A DNA stretch of 64,000 nt from Chiloscyllium plagiosum (Eukaryota), in NCBI RefSeq assembly GCF_004010195.1, contig NC_057750.1, positions 17,862,209 through 17,926,208 on the forward strand. Reading direction: 5' to 3'. Within the stretch, counting starts at the first letter, position 1. Each line of letters opens with the position of its first letter. Made by a program: the position numbers and the translations under genes. Shown in pieces: positions 1-13,545 of the stretch. A model generated the notes under the pieces. That model worked only from the letters and a program-made list of their open reading frames with translations, did not search any database and was not told the origin of the DNA.

Positions 1-372
1 GCGTGTGCGGTGGAGAGAGGGGGGGCGGTCACGCGGGGCGTGTGCGGTGGAGAGAGGGGGGGGGCGGTCACGCGGGGCGTGTGCGGTGGAGAGAGGGGGG
101 GGGCGGTCACGCGGGGCGTGTGCGGTGGAGAGAGGGGGGGGGCGGTCACGCGGGGCGTGTGCGGTGGAGAGAGGGGGGGGGCGGTCACGCGGGGCGTGTG
201 CGGTGGAGAGAGGGGGGGGGCGGTCACGCGGGGCGTGTGCGGTGGAGAGAGGGGGGGGGCGGTCACGCGGGGCGTGTGCGGTGGAGAGAGGGGGGGGGCG
301 GTCACGCGGGGCGTGTGCGGTGGAGAGAGGGGGGGGGCGGTCACGCGGGGCGTGTGCGGTGGAGAGAGGGGG
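1..372. repeat. 39-bp G-rich minisatellite (~9.5 copies, truncated by window start)
   Basis: Near-perfect unit gtgtgcggtggagagagggggggggcggtcacgcggggc. It produces 13-aa periodic ORFs in all three + frames. Confidence 0.95.
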
Positions 373-520
373 GTTGGTTGGGTATGCTCCTTAGACCTCA
401 CCGGGTTGTATTCGGGTTATGTCCTACTTTGCCAACTATTGATGATTGTTGAACAGAGACTCATCAATTTTTCTTCTTAACTTTGCTTCTTTATTTTTTC
501 CCTCTTATCTTGTTTTCCAG

Positions 521-551
521 TGCATTGCCAACCCTGCTGGATTCTGATGAG
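521..551 (+). CDS. TMEM87: TMEM87-family protein, penultimate coding exon ((x)ALPTLLDSDE)
   Basis: Polypyrimidine tract + ttccAG acceptor and GAG|GTAAAA donor. Splices in frame to the exon at 1783. The peptide matches the recalled TMEM87A/B C-terminus (ALPALLDSDEE / ALPVLVDSDEEIMT). Confidence 0.85.
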
Positions 552-1782
552 GTAAAATATCGCTTCTGTTGCCTGCTTTACTTTTAACCATAATTGAAAC
601 AGAAATGGCTGGAAATGCTCAGCATCTGTGAGAGAAATGAGTTAACGTTTCAGGTGGAGTGACCCTTCCTCAGAACAGACTTGGCCTGGAACAGTTATCT
701 TTAACTGTTCCATGTTGAACTCTGCTAATGCTTCAGCACGAGATGAAGTGCCAGGAGATCCTGTTGCTAACAACTGAATGTGATTGAGCCCAGTTGATAC
801 CAGCCTCTTGGCCTACATTCTAATCAGGGTAGAGTTGGTGGGTCTTAGCTGAGGTATGGGTAGGAGTGATATCACTAGAATTCCACAGCAATGGATAACC
901 AGCCATGAACTAATGTCATTCTTGGGCAGAACTAATGTCATTCCTGGGCAAAACTACAGCATTCAAGCCTCTCTACAGTGGAAACCGAGTGCAGCTTAGT
1001 GGTTGCTGTCCATATCTCATCTTTCACCTGAAGTAGCAAGGTGTGGCCAGGAGTTTGGGATAATCCCTTATGTGGGTTGGGAGGGAAAAAAATGTTTTAA
1101 CATGTCGAAAACACAAGGAGGTAGAGTTTAAGTTTTCCTCAACAGGCAGTCTGGCTGCCAATTACACCCATTTCGGTAGGTGTTTCTTTCCCCCTTTTGT
1201 GTTTGATGAATGTCGCTTGTTTTGCCAAATGCAAAAAGCCGTTGCAAACAATGCAGTTGAGCAGCGTTGAAACGTTGGTTGTTTCTGTTCAATTTTGATT
1301 TGAGAAAACAAAGTCATTGATCATATTTGAATTTGTAATTTAGTGTGGTCTGATTGATGCACCCAAATCTATTATATCAGTGCCTCAGTCATGTATCTGT
1401 CAATAATCAAATCTTAAATGAGAAAAATGGTGTAAAGATATACAGATTTTTATCAAATTAATATTTCAGAGCTTTTAAAATATTCTTTTGGTATAATTGC
1501 TCAAAAGAGTAAAGCTTAATGTTTAGCTACTCCTTGGAAGCCTGTGTGCAACTACATTTGGCGGAAAATCCCAACAGTGATTCTTTTGATATCCAGGTGT
1601 GCTCCATTTTGAGGTTGTGCTCACAGTGCAGAAAGTTTAGAAATGTGATGTGCGCTTAAAATTCCATTATCCATTGAGCAGTTTGTGCTGATTTTGGACT
1701 AAGGCAGACTCCGCAGTGGCTAACTAAACATTTGCAATTTTAATTCTAGTGATTCATTCAATTTTCTTTTGTCCTGTTTCAG

Positions 1783-1824
1783 GAAATAATGACGACCAAG
1801 TTTGAAATCTCCAAAATGGAATAA
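1783..1824 (+). CDS. TMEM87: TMEM87-family protein, last coding exon (EIMTTKFEISKME*)
   Basis: tttcttttgtcctgtttcAG acceptor, TAA at 1822-1824. EEIMT resembles TMEM87B and FE-SKME* resembles TMEM87A, so the paralog is unresolved. Confidence 0.85.
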   Translation, partial: EIMTTKFEISKME

Positions 1825-3960
1825 CTGCAAATTGTTACAGGCAAAGCTTTACTTTTGAAATCCAAATCTTCTTCTGCAACAGATTTAACTTTTGGCTATT
1901 TTTATTTAAAAGAAAATGAAAGAACATCTGAAATGTTCTTTGTGGCTTTTTGAAAAGGCATGAAAACATCATTTTTCATTTTGGAGCCATTCAGCTAATC
2001 CGTTTTATGAAACTTTTTTTTTAAGCGCTGCTTTTACTTTCACTCCATTCCTCCGAAACTTGGTTTAAATTTGATGAAATACCACCAGCAGAATTCTTTG
2101 GAGTCAAGGTGTTCTGTGCATGGGAGTGTGATGGACCGAGCTGGGCAAAGTAATTGTGGTGCCAGTGAAACCAGCCTGTGCATTGGAAACTATGTACCAC
2201 CTGTATGTGAAGGTGGTTGGGCTGAATTCTTAGTTATGGTACGTCCATGCCTGTCTATATACAAATAGCTTTTTGTTCATAACTTAAGACCAATATTAAA
2301 AAGGAACAAAGCCAATAATTTCAGCAATATTTAAGAGTGCCAGAAAGGGTAGGTGCACAATACCCTCTATCCTTGTCGATCATGCATCTTTCTTGGATGT
2401 GCTTGCCACTCACTGTTGGGGTCTGTAACCGAAAACCTATTTGCAAACGGTTTGCAAAGTGTGCATTTTTGCCCAAAGTAGTGGCTGACCTCTGACCCAA
2501 GCCCATGATTACTTAACGGTTCAACTTGTGTGGCCTTCAAAAGGACACTTCTGCACCTTAACGGCATAATGTACGTGTTCTAACATGCTGCTGTCCTTCA
2601 AAACAAAAGCCCACCTGAGTCACGTCAGGTGAGTTCTAGGTTGACCGATACACGTTTAACTCAGTAATATGTCAGAGAAACCATTATTGTGAACTCTGAA
2701 ATGTATACTGGCGTTTCATCCTCAGGATGCTCTGAGTCTCTAACAAGCTATGCATTACTCACGTGTTAATGATAACTCCCCATCTTGGGTGTTTTTCCTG
2801 ATGAAAGTTCATGGCTGACAGCAGTGACTGTGAGACTCTTGCCAACAAACATTACAGTGTAGTATCTCTGCATGTGATTTATTTTAGGCCTGTTCTTGGG
2901 GGCTTTCTCTGAATGTTACAGGAGCAGATCACATAGCTCATACTAAACACTCCTGTCCTCCCCACTGATGGCTGTTGGGAAACATCTGACCAAGTAAGTT
3001 AGGAACTTTCTCCCAACTGCCCTGGAAATCTAGACACAACTGCTCGATTTGTGCTTTGATTTTTTTTCCCCACTCTCTCCAATGCTGTTGCAGCAGCACA
3101 TCAGCTTGAGATGTTTCTGGATGGTCACCAGTCTCTGGTCACTTCTGTCAAGTGTATGAATGTGTGCCCTGGCTTTAACAGCAATGTTCCTGGTGAAATA
3201 GCCAGTGAACACTACCTAAGCTGCTTTTGAGGTGAAATACCTCAGTCAAAGCCGACATTTCATATTAAATTTACTTTTCCAAATATTTCAAGTGGGTGTC
3301 ATCTTTGTTTTCCTCCCTGTTGCTCTAAATTGAGGGTTATTTCATTGAACTTCTCGACAGCAGCAGAACTTTCATCTGTAACTTTACCATGGAAAGATTC
3401 ATTGCGCAGTTTTCCTTCAGTTGTTCTCGGATCAGTTTTTTGCATGAGTTTAAATAGGCCATGTTTTTCCCAGTACAAGTTAGGGTGAGGAGGATAGATT
3501 CAGGCCTCTGATGCCTTATTTGTGCGTTGTTTTCCTCAAAACTTGAGTTCCAAAGCCTGTCCCTTGTAGGGAATTGCATTATGCGTTGACTTATTTCACG
3601 ATTTTATTAACACGTCGTTTGAGTTGTAGTTTATCCTTAGTCAGCAACAAGAAAACGGTTGATGCATCTGTTACTGGCTGGCAGCAATGCGTTGTAAACT
3701 GGTCATAGAGAGGTCGCAAGTACAGCCACTGTGTAATCTGAAGCCCAAACTAAAGGTGTGAATTCCTAAGTGTGACTGTCCAGTACAAGCCGAGACTGAT
3801 TCCAGATTGCACAGAGTGCAGTTACACCCACAAAGATGTGCATGTGAACTGCTTACTGACTTCACATCAGATAAACACAGCATTGGTATTGAAAGGTATT
3901 GTCAGCAGATTTGTACTGTTTCTGTGAAGAATCAATAAATCATTTCATAAAATTGTGTCT
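1825..3960 (+). other. TMEM87: Probable TMEM87 3' UTR
   Basis: AT-rich stretch free of recognisable TEs after the stop codon, ending at AATAAA followed by GT/T-rich sequence. Confidence 0.6.
3934..3939 (+). terminator. Polyadenylation signal AATAAA (TMEM87)
   Basis: AATAAA with downstream ttgtgtcttt element. TE density resumes shortly after. Confidence 0.55.
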
Positions 3961-4287
3961 TTAATGAAACAACTATTGTGGCTATATTTGGTGTTGCTAT
4001 TTTGAGGTAAATGAAGCACTGACTACTTTGGGCCTGTTATGCCTGTTCTGTGCAGCTGTCGCTAAAATGCATCAATTTTCATCTGTCTCCTTATCTGATG
4101 TGTATAACAGCATTATGCTGTTGAGGGCAGAAATTCATTATTATACAATTACATTTTTGTAAAACGATATGCTTAAAAGGTACACTTCCAGCCAGGTTTC
4201 CATAGACTTAGGGCAGGAGTCCTGAATAGGTGCAGTTCAGATTTCACAGTCACCTTGCTGTAAGCACTTGCCAGCAATATCTGCTTA

Positions 4288-4625
4288 ATGGTGATCTCAC
4301 AGGACTAATAATCCGGAGGCCTGGGCTAGTCATCCAGAGGCCCAGACTAAGATGTACAGCATGAAAACAGATCCTATGACTATGGATTTGTATCTCACTC
4401 AGCAACTGCTGGAATGTACATTTGAATAATAAATTTGTAATGGAAAGCTCGTCTCAGTGATGGTGACCATGAAACCATCAGCAATTGATGTAAAAACCCA
4501 CCAGATCGATACTATCCTTGGGGAAAGTCCAGTAAAGGGCCGAGCAAGCATTGCTAGGTTAGAAATGAGTAATAAATGATGGCCGTACCATCAATACCTA
4601 CATCCCCTGAAAGAATGATAAAAAG
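4288..4625 (+). mobile_element. Degenerate SINE (second shark family, LINE-derived tail)
   Basis: Shares gatggtgaccatgaaacc...aaaaaccca and catcccctgaaagaatgataaaa with the better copy at 27611-27910. Confidence 0.5.
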
Positions 4626-6429
4626 GCAAAGATTTTAGATTCCTGTCGTCTGTGGGAGATACTCGCTCAGGTGTCCATGTTGGAACAATGTTGTTTCCAG
4701 ATCCTGGGAGTCTTGCCAGATGATTCAAACTGTACAATGAAACAAAACTGCAGATGATGGCCATCTGAAACACTGATGTGCTCAAGAAACTTGGCCGGTC
4801 TGACAGCATCTGTGGAGAGAGAAACAGAATGAATGTTTCAAATCCTGTGACCTTTCATCAGAACATTCACAGGACTTGAAATGTTAACTCTCTCTCTCTC
4901 TCCCCACAGATGGAGCCAGACCTGAGTTTCTCCAGCACTTTGTTTTTTTGTGTTAAATGAGCTGTCTTTGACATTGAGACAGGACAGCAAGCTTCCAAAT
5001 TTGGGAGGGTCAGGGGGCAGATCTGGTGACCTGGATGTTAGACTTCAAGTGCAGTCTCAAGCCCCTGAACTTGCATTTCGATCAGTGCGATGGTACAGTA
5101 CTATGTTTTTGTAACATGACTGCAAATTGATTACTTCACTTGGGGCCAGCTCAGCAACTGATCAGAAACTACTCACTTGCAGTTGTATTGCAGAGACATC
5201 CTGGGTAACTGTGGTCACAAGCCATCACATGGTAACCTTTCTGATACTGTTGACCATTGTGTCCTGGACACCTTTTAGTTCCAAGGATGTAAAATGGATC
5301 TTTTCACTTCTCTCTCTATCATCTGCCCCGCCCTTTCCACCTTCATCTTCATGCTTTTTTCCACCATCCCTTCAGTCACTGCATTCTGATAATCCACACA
5401 ATTTCTGTTTCACTTTAAGTGCTAGGGTACTGAGTGGTATAGCACCATTTCATCCAAATCTCTCTGAATGCAAGCACGTCTACATTCTTAACAGGCTTTG
5501 ATTATATTGACATGCAATGGGTCTGTAGTGTTTATTTTCTGTACTATTTATGGGACTGTAATATTTGGAAGTTTTCCTGGGCAAGGGCCAAAGCTTCTAC
5601 AAACAAATACCCACGGAGCAGGGTGTCTCTAATTTGGAGATTGTAGTTGGGGGAGGGAGTGTGCAAGTGTGGCTGCAGGTGATAAATTGTTCCACGTGTC
5701 CATTTGTGGAACTGGAAGCCTCGAGGTTAAACCTCCTGTGTTTGGATGTGTGTTTAAATTCAATCACAGCTGTACTGAGGGGAGATTCTTTTATGTCCAA
5801 TCCTTTTGGAAACCAACTGACCATAACCTGACTGCGTCCTGCAGGGTAGGAGACCCTGAGGCTCTTGAACAGCCGCTAAGTCATGTGTTTGTGTTCCAGC
5901 AAAATAAACTGCAGCTGGATGTCTCGCTGAGTAGAGACAGACTAGCATTGTATGTAATTATTGTTGGATGGGCTATTCTGTAAATACTTAACCGTGGAAT
6001 GGGTTCAACAAGTTTTCTTCTGGTATTTCAGGATGTTGGGAATGAAGTTTATGGGGATATGTTTACATTTGAGGTGAGGGCTTTTGGTGGTGAGACTGAA
6101 ACTTGTCAGTTCAGGCTCTGTGTATTGAGTACATCATAACCTGAGCCAAACCAAGCCCCCCCCCCCCCCCCCCCCCACACACATGCACACACCCTCCCAG
6201 GATCCCCTGTAGTAACAAGCTTGAGCTCCATCAACTGCACCAGTCTCATTGAACCCTCACATTCCCCCGTCTGCAGTTATCATCAGTATCACCCATCCCA
6301 TGGCCTGAGCTGGCTGTTCAGCATCAAAGATGGGACGCCCTGTGCTATAGGTTTGTACTCATTGAGACCTTGATTGAGATTCAATAAGACTCTTAAAGTC
6401 ACCTAATGTGAAACCTTCATCCCATTCTA

Positions 6430-7100
6430 GGATTTAGATGGATGAGAGGGGATCATATAGAAACGTATAAAATTATGAAAGGGATAGATAAGATATAGAC
6501 AGATAAATTGTTTCTGCTGGTGAAACCAGAACTAGGGGACATGGCCTCCAGATTAGATTCCTTACAGTGTGGAAATAGGCCCTTCGGTCCAACAAGTCCA
6601 CACCGACCCCTGGAGAGTAAGCCACGCAGACCCATTTCCCTCTGCCTAATGCACCTAACACTACAGGCAATTTAGCATAGCCAATTCACCTGACCCGCAC
6701 ACCTTTGGACTGTGGGAGAAAACCGGAGCACCCGGAGGAAACCCATGCAGAGACACGGGGAGAATGTGCAAACCTCACACAGACAGTTGCCCAAGGCTGG
6801 AATTGAACCTGGGCTAACCACTGTGCCACCCCTTAGGGGGAGTAGATTTAGGACAGAGATGAGGAGGAACCGTTTTCCCCAGCGAGTAGTAAATCTATGG
6901 AATTCTCTGCCCAGGGAAACAGTAGAGGCAGCCTCATTAAATATATTCAAGACACAGTTGGATGGGTTTTTGCATGGTAGGGAAATTAAAGGTTATGGGG
7001 ATAATGCAGGTAGGAGGAGCTGAGATGATGGATAGATCAGCCATGATCTTAATGAATGACAGAGCAAGCTCGACGGGCCAAATGGCCTACTCCTGCTTCT
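6430..7100 (+). mobile_element. CR1-clade LINE 3' fragment interrupted by an HE1 SINE
   Basis: ORF2 C-terminal motif FRTEMRRNRFPQRVVNLWNSLP. Confidence 0.85.
6551..6830 (-). mobile_element. HE1-like SINE nested in CR1
   Basis: V-SINE core tgtgaggtttgcacattctccccgtgtc...gggtttcctccgggtgctccgg and aatct tail on -. Confidence 0.85.
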
Positions 7101-7728
7101 ATTGCGATGATAGTGTCTCAAACCAACTTTCTCACCATGAAGTGGATGTTTCATAAGGTGCTGGAGTTTGAGGATGAGGGTGTAATTGAGAGGTGGAGTT
7201 GAGGTTCAGTGATGATGTGGACGTTTGTGGAAGGCATGAATTTTTGGGGCAGGAGGGGGAGTTGATTCCAGGTAGCTGGGTCAGATGAGGTCAGTGCCAT
7301 TGTTTCATTCTTACATGTGACTTGTCCTTTACCTAGATAACAGGATTGGTGATGCTTGTGAAAATGACTTTGATAATGATGCTGTCTTTGACCAGTTTGA
7401 TGTCTGTCCTGAGAGTGCAGAGGTCACTCTTACTAATTTCCGAGCCTATCAGACTGTCATTCTGGATCCTGAGGGTGATTCACAGATTGACCCAAATTGG
7501 GTAGTCCTCAACCAGGTGAATTTATTTTTACCGCATCTCTTTATTTGTATTAATTCTCAGTCCCTCTTGAATGTTTCCTTCAAATCTCTTTCTCTAACCT
7601 GTTAAAGCCAAGTCAATAGAAAACCTTTATCAGATCTCAGTCAAGACACCGCACAATGTAGGGCCCTACAAACTATAGGAGGTGCATTAAAGCAGCAAAG
7701 AGAGTTCAGTACAGATGTACTGAGGCAT

Positions 7729-8020
7729 GGGATGGCACGGTGGCTAGCACTGCTGCCTCACAGCACCAGGGAAATGGGTTTGATTCCAGCCTCGGGCGAC
7801 TGTGGTGTTTGCACGTTCTCCCCATGTCTGCGTGGGTTTCCTCTGGGTGCTCCGGTTTCCTCCCACGGTCCAAAGATGCACAGGTCAAGTGAATTTGCCG
7901 TGCTAAATTGGCAATAGTGTAGGTTATTAGTCGGGGTAAACGTCTGGCTGGGTTACTGTTTGGAGGCTCAGTGTGGACTTGGGCTGAAGGACCTGTTTCC
8001 ACACTGTCGGGATTCTAATC
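7729..8020 (+). mobile_element. HE1-like SINE
   Basis: tRNA-like head ggcacggtggctagcactgctgcctcacagc, core, and tail cctgtttccacactgt...ttctaatc. Confidence 0.85.
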
Positions 8021-8439
8021 CTAATTAGTGTGGACTATATTGGAACCTAGGTCCTTGGTAAAAAGAGAATGGTTCACTAGTACTAGTTTCAAAGAAGAAG
8101 TGCACTCCATCATGTGCCTAGTTTCCTGCTGTTGCTTCCTTGTATTTTGCACCAATTGATGACCAAGAAGCTGGGTAGGTGTCTGCCCTTCTCTGGAGAC
8201 TGCACTCCATCCTGCACTTGGGTTGGCTTGCTCACTGAGATCACTGAATACTCTTCTGTGTGAGACATGACAGCTCCATCCATTCACTGACTGCAGGAAG
8301 ATCCATGATTTTGATCAGTTTGTGCAACTGCTTTCCCATTTACTGGAATCTTTTGAGTTCTAGAACTGATCTGTATGCCAAAGGTTGTGTTGCAGACAGA
8401 TAGCTTTTACTGTGTTATCTCACAGGAGTAGATGTCAAA

Positions 8440-9050
8440 GACTGCAGTGCAGGCCGCACTATTGGCCTGCATTGCTGTTGAGTTCATAAGTGTAAATGCA
8501 GCTGACCAGCACTTGGATGGCCTGCTTGGTTAGTCTGGAGTCACTTCTGACACCCCCACCCCCAGTTCCCAAACCACAACCACCAAGTCGCTCCCAGTAT
8601 GTGTAAGATGGGGTGTGAGGCTTGCATTATCCTGAGGATGTGGAGGAGTGTGTGACTGACAGGTCTGAATCCATTTGATAAGAGATTGATAGATGTCTGA
8701 TGGGAGTGGAGTGAATAGAGCAACTTATGAGCCTGGTTAGTGTAGTTGTAGGCTATGATATTAAGCAATACATTCATGACCTTGACTAGTTGTGAAAGGC
8801 TGTTGACCTCCTTGCACCACTGCATTGAAGCTTGACCCCAGCTTTGACCTTCACAGCTATCTGTGACCCCTGCCTTTTGAGCGATAGTGTGGAGGGCCAG
8901 GTTACCTGCAGTTGTCCATCCTGCCAACTCTTTGGATGCAGCATCCAGAAACCCTGGATTCCACTGTTCAGTGCAGTGCCATTCTTTACTATGTCTGGTC
9001 ACATTCACTTGCTGTATAACTGCAAGTACCTGCTCCCAGTGCACAATCCT
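8440..9050 (-). mobile_element. Degenerate Harbinger-type Myb/SANT-like gene relic (tentative)
   Basis: ORF 8541-9044 has NPGFLDAASKELA and QWCKEVNSLSQLVKV, resembling APRFSDxxL...QCRKKxNDL motifs of Harbinger DNA-binding proteins. Small hairpin at 8445-8476. Confidence 0.3.
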
Positions 9051-9740
9051 CTTTAAGCTGCTCTGGATAGTTTAATTGGTTATGAGCACAGGCTTTGGCT
9101 TTGACTCTCATTCTCTATTACTATACTAGTTTCTGTGTTTCACGGTTATCATTGTTTCTGAAAAGGGCTTTTTTTTATCATTCTGGCAATCTAGTGACCT
9201 CCTGAGCGAAAATGCCTGAAGTGGATATTGAATATCCTGCCAATAATCACCCAAACTTGAGTGTGGCCACTTGGATGAGACACTTAAAGGATCCTACAGT
9301 GATGTGAGGAATGGTGGAAAAAGAGCTATTTATTTGGTTGGTGTCACTGGTTGGTAACATTTACAGTCAGAAGATTGAGGGCTCACATTCGATTTCAGAG
9401 AGACACAAAATGAGAACACCTCCACGAAGAATTGGTGCTACGCTGTAATGAGAGAAACATCATCCTTCAAATGAGATAATGACCTCAATTCCTGTCTGTT
9501 CGGGTGGATCTAAAGGTTTCCATTGGACTTAATCTGGTTGTTACAGAACCACCTCAGCTGCCATTTGCTATATCAGTGAATGCTCTGCTCTTTAAGGTAT
9601 CTTGAGTTTGTACCTATTTTCTGATCAACTTGTTCAGCAAAGTAATGACACACCTCTGGAACCCATGGGACTTGAATCAGGGACACTACCACTGTGTCAC
9701 ATGATCCCAATCTTGAGGTTGGAAATTGAGTGAAATAATA

Positions 9741-10049
9741 GGTGGCTCAGTGGTTAGCACTGTTTCCTGCACTGATTCACAGCACCAAGGTCCCAGGTTC
9801 GATTCCAGCCTTGGGCGACTGTGGAGTTTGCACATTCTCCCCGTGTCTGCGTGGGTTTCCTCTGGGTGTTTCAGTTTCCTCCCACAGTCCAAAGATGTGC
9901 AGGTCAGGTAAATTGGCCGTGCAAAATTGCCCGTAGTGTTAGGTGCATTAGTCAGAGGGAGATGAGTCTGGGTGGGTTACTCTTTGGAGGGTCGGTGTGG
10001 ACTTGTTGGGCTGAAGGGCCTGTTTCCACACTGCAGGTAATCTAACCTA
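9741..10049 (+). mobile_element. HE1-like SINE
   Basis: Head ggtggctcagtggttagcac, core, and taatctaacctaa tail. Confidence 0.85.
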
Positions 10050-11836
10050 AAATGCAAATCATTCTGTAACTCTGCTTAACATGTAGGCCCTCAGAAAGGG
10101 TATTTGTGGAGTGGATTTCTCTGACATCGGATTATTTTCTGACTGGTTTCTTCGAGTGATTAAAACTAGATTTTAGAAAGAAATACATGCAAATTCTTAG
10201 GGGGTGTGAGGAGTAGATAGAGAGAAATGTTTCCCCTTGAGAGATTACATAAGAACTGCGTCCCTGGTTACTAAAGAGCAGGAGATGATTTGAGGACATT
10301 TACTTTCACCCAGGATGGTGAGAATGTAGAACTCGCTGATTATAAGCATGCTGGACGTGGGAACCACCAGATATTTGAAAGCTGTTTAGATGAGAATTTG
10401 AAACTCTATAGCATGTAAGGCTACAGGCTCGAACATGGGATTAGAATAGATGAGCAGTGTTGACACCAATGAGCCAAAGCATCTCTTTCTGTGTTAGAAA
10501 ATTTCTATGACTAAGATACGGGGGTAAGCCATCTTTCCCCAGTGGCCTGCCTGAAATGGGCATCTGCAGATTAAAGTGACCAGTTTGCAGCTCTGGGCAG
10601 CTCTGTCTGTCTCTCTCTGATGATGCTGGCAGTCCTGTTCTGTAAGAGGTTGATATTTTTAAAATTACCTTTGTTGATATAAATCACTTCAAACCTGCTA
10701 GAGAGAGACAGCAGCCCTGGGCCAGGAATCAAGTCCAAATAATAACAACCAAAAGTAGTAACTGAGTGAATGAAACATTTTACCAACTTCCTTACAGTAG
10801 TTAAATAGATATTGCATCCCCAGACAGCAGTGGAATGTTTTGTCTGGCCAGGAAAACCAGTTGGAAATGGCACATTTTGTGCAGCTATAAACAATTCCAC
10901 CAGAGTCTCTATAAAAAAAACTCAGCATCCATAGCTCTGGCTTCATTACGCAGCATGGCTTTAGGTAAGGAGCAAGCAGTATAACAACAGAGGTGTGGAT
11001 TTTTAATTTCAGCTTAAATTGCAATATTTGAATGTGGTGGGTAAAAAGTACAACTTATTGCATGGTTGGATGTATGTTACAATAGTGTAAGACATGGCTG
11101 GGTTTAAGTTGCATCAACTCAGAGGAAATGTGGGTGTAAATTGCAATAATTTAGTGCAAATTTGTGAGGTTGTGCTGTCAATTTTCATTGAATTGGAGTT
11201 GTGACTTTGCTCCGAAAGCTAAAACGGAACGTTTTCACCGAGGAGGTAACTCAGTATCTGCTGAATTATCCTCAGTGCTGGGAGCTCAAGTTTTACACTG
11301 GCCCCTATGGTGTTTCAACTCTGCAGAATGAGCAAATCCTGATACTTCGGCCAGTTAGCAATAATTACTGAGACAGCAAGGAGCTTTGCAGCTGTACTTT
11401 GGTGGAGGTGATGTGGGACTGGGTAATGAGGGTTAAAATTGAATGAGCAATCTGCTGGGAATATAATGTGATAACAATCTGCCAGACTGGGAGATGAATA
11501 TTTCCAGGACAACCTGCCTTTATTATTCCTGATCTAATTCGAGTGGATGGAAACTGATTTTTCTCATTTATCAGGATCACAGTTACACCCTGGACTGGGA
11601 TCAGCACAGTCACAGACAACAAAACCCATTGCTCCCTGTCTTCTCTGTGGAGATTTCAGAGGGAAATGATTAAAGCAAGGAAGTGGAGCAAAGAAACTTC
11701 AAATTCCTTTAACTTTAGAAAATTTAGTACAAACCCCTACCTAATGCTTTTGAAAAGTGTTATGATTTCAGTTGTGTTGACATCAGGAATCTTTGAGGTC
11801 AACTTGAGAGGACAGACAGCATCACCAACAGCACCC

Positions 11837-12451
11837 CATCAGCACTGACCCTCCGACAGAGCGGCACTCCCTCAGCAGTGATCCTCCGACAGAGCGGCAC
11901 TCCCTCAGCACTGACCCTCCGACAGAGCGGCACTCCCTCAGCACTGACCCTCCAACAGAGCGGCACTCCCTCATCACTGACCCTCCGACAGAGCGGCACT
12001 CCCTCAGCACTGACCCTCCGACAGAGCGGCACTCACTCAGCACTGACCCTCCGACAGTGCGGCACTCCCTCAGCACTGACCCTCCGACAGCGCCACTCTC
12101 TCAGCACTGACCCTCCGACAGAGCGCCACTCTCTCAGCACTGACCCTCCGACAGAGCGGCACTCCCTCAGCACTGACCCTCCAATGGCGCAGCACTCCCT
12201 CAGTACTGGCCCTCTGACTGTGCCACACTCCCAAAATACTGAACCTCCGACAGAGCTGCACTCCCTCAGTACTGGCGTCTGATGGAGCCGCACACCCAAA
12301 ATACTGACCTCCGATGGTGCAGCGCTCCCTCAGCACTGACCCTCCAACAGAGCCGCACTGCCTCAGCACTGACCCTCTGACAGTGCAGCACTCCCTCAGC
12401 ACTGACCCTCTTAACAGAACTGCGCTCCTTCAGTGCTGACCCTCTGACAGA
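11837..12451. repeat. 30-bp minisatellite (~20 copies)
   Basis: Unit cactccctcagcactgaccctccgacagagcgg-type, homogeneous 5' and decaying 3'. Confidence 0.95.
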
Positions 12452-13247
12452 GATGTATTCCTTATTATTGCACTGAAACAACAGGTAGGATTATGTTGAA
12501 ATGTGGAGACCAGGGAAACATTCCTGAAGTAGAGCTTATGCTCAAAACGTTGACTCTCCTGCTGCTCGGATGCTGCCTGGCCGGCTGTGCCTATCCAGCA
12601 CCCCAGTTTTGACATATCTTGAAATGTGGAGACCGGGGTGAGTACAGAGCCTTTTGGTTCAGTGACGCTGATATGGGGAATGCATGATTTTTAACTCTAA
12701 CCTTAGGCACAAGTACAACTAGCTGTTTGGACTGTCCTCCCTGCATCTTCCTACATCTATCATATTGTTCCTTTAAGATGCCCTGAAAAGCAACCAGCTT
12801 CTGCTTACTTAGTAAGTAACTGAGCTGTAAATGATAACAAGGCTGAACATCATCTTGGGAGTTGAGAAAATTGGAGCTGGGACTGTGTCTGGGTCCTGAG
12901 CCAATTCCTGGAGGCTAAATTAGAAATTTTGACCTTGGAGAGTCCACTGTCATCATCAGCGGGAGGTCAGAAGTCCGCCAGGTCAAGGAGCAGCGAGTTG
13001 CTGTGAAGGGTAAGTAACTGAGAGGGGCCATTGACAGGAAAGTGCCCCCTCAGCCACGTTCTTAACAAGGTAAATACTCCATGGATTCGGGGGTGAGAGT
13101 AAGACTCAGCCTCATGCCTAGGTGGGTCTGTCCGGAGTACTGGCCTGCTACTGGTGCGTGTGTCTCATGGCAGTCAGACCTTACATCTAAGCACTGGTAT
13201 GACAGTAATGTTATCCAGAACCTTCTGGTTAATGTTCTGGGGAAATG

Positions 13248-13545
13248 GGTGGCACGGTAGCATAGTGGCAGGGAGCTAGGTGCAATTCTAGCCGTGTGTG
13301 TGTGTATGTGTGTGTGTGTATAGTTCACACGTTCTCTATGGGTTTCTGCTGGGTCCTCTCGTTTCTTCCCATATCTGAATACGTGCAGGTGAGGTGGCTT
13401 CATGGCCTCGTAGTATCCAGGGCTCTGCAGGCTGGGTGGGTTAGCACAGTAGAAACTCCGTGTAGCATTGCGGGGATGGACGTGATGCTGTTTGGAGGAT
13501 CAGTGCAGATTCGATGGGCCGAATGGCCTCTTGCTGCACTGTGGG
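13248..13545 (+). mobile_element. Diverged HE1-like SINE
   Basis: ggtggcacggtag head and gggccgaatggcctc tail. Confidence 0.55.

Noticed and set aside
3..480. Long periodic ORFs in three frames
   Set aside because: Translation of a stop-free 39-bp minisatellite within an intron.
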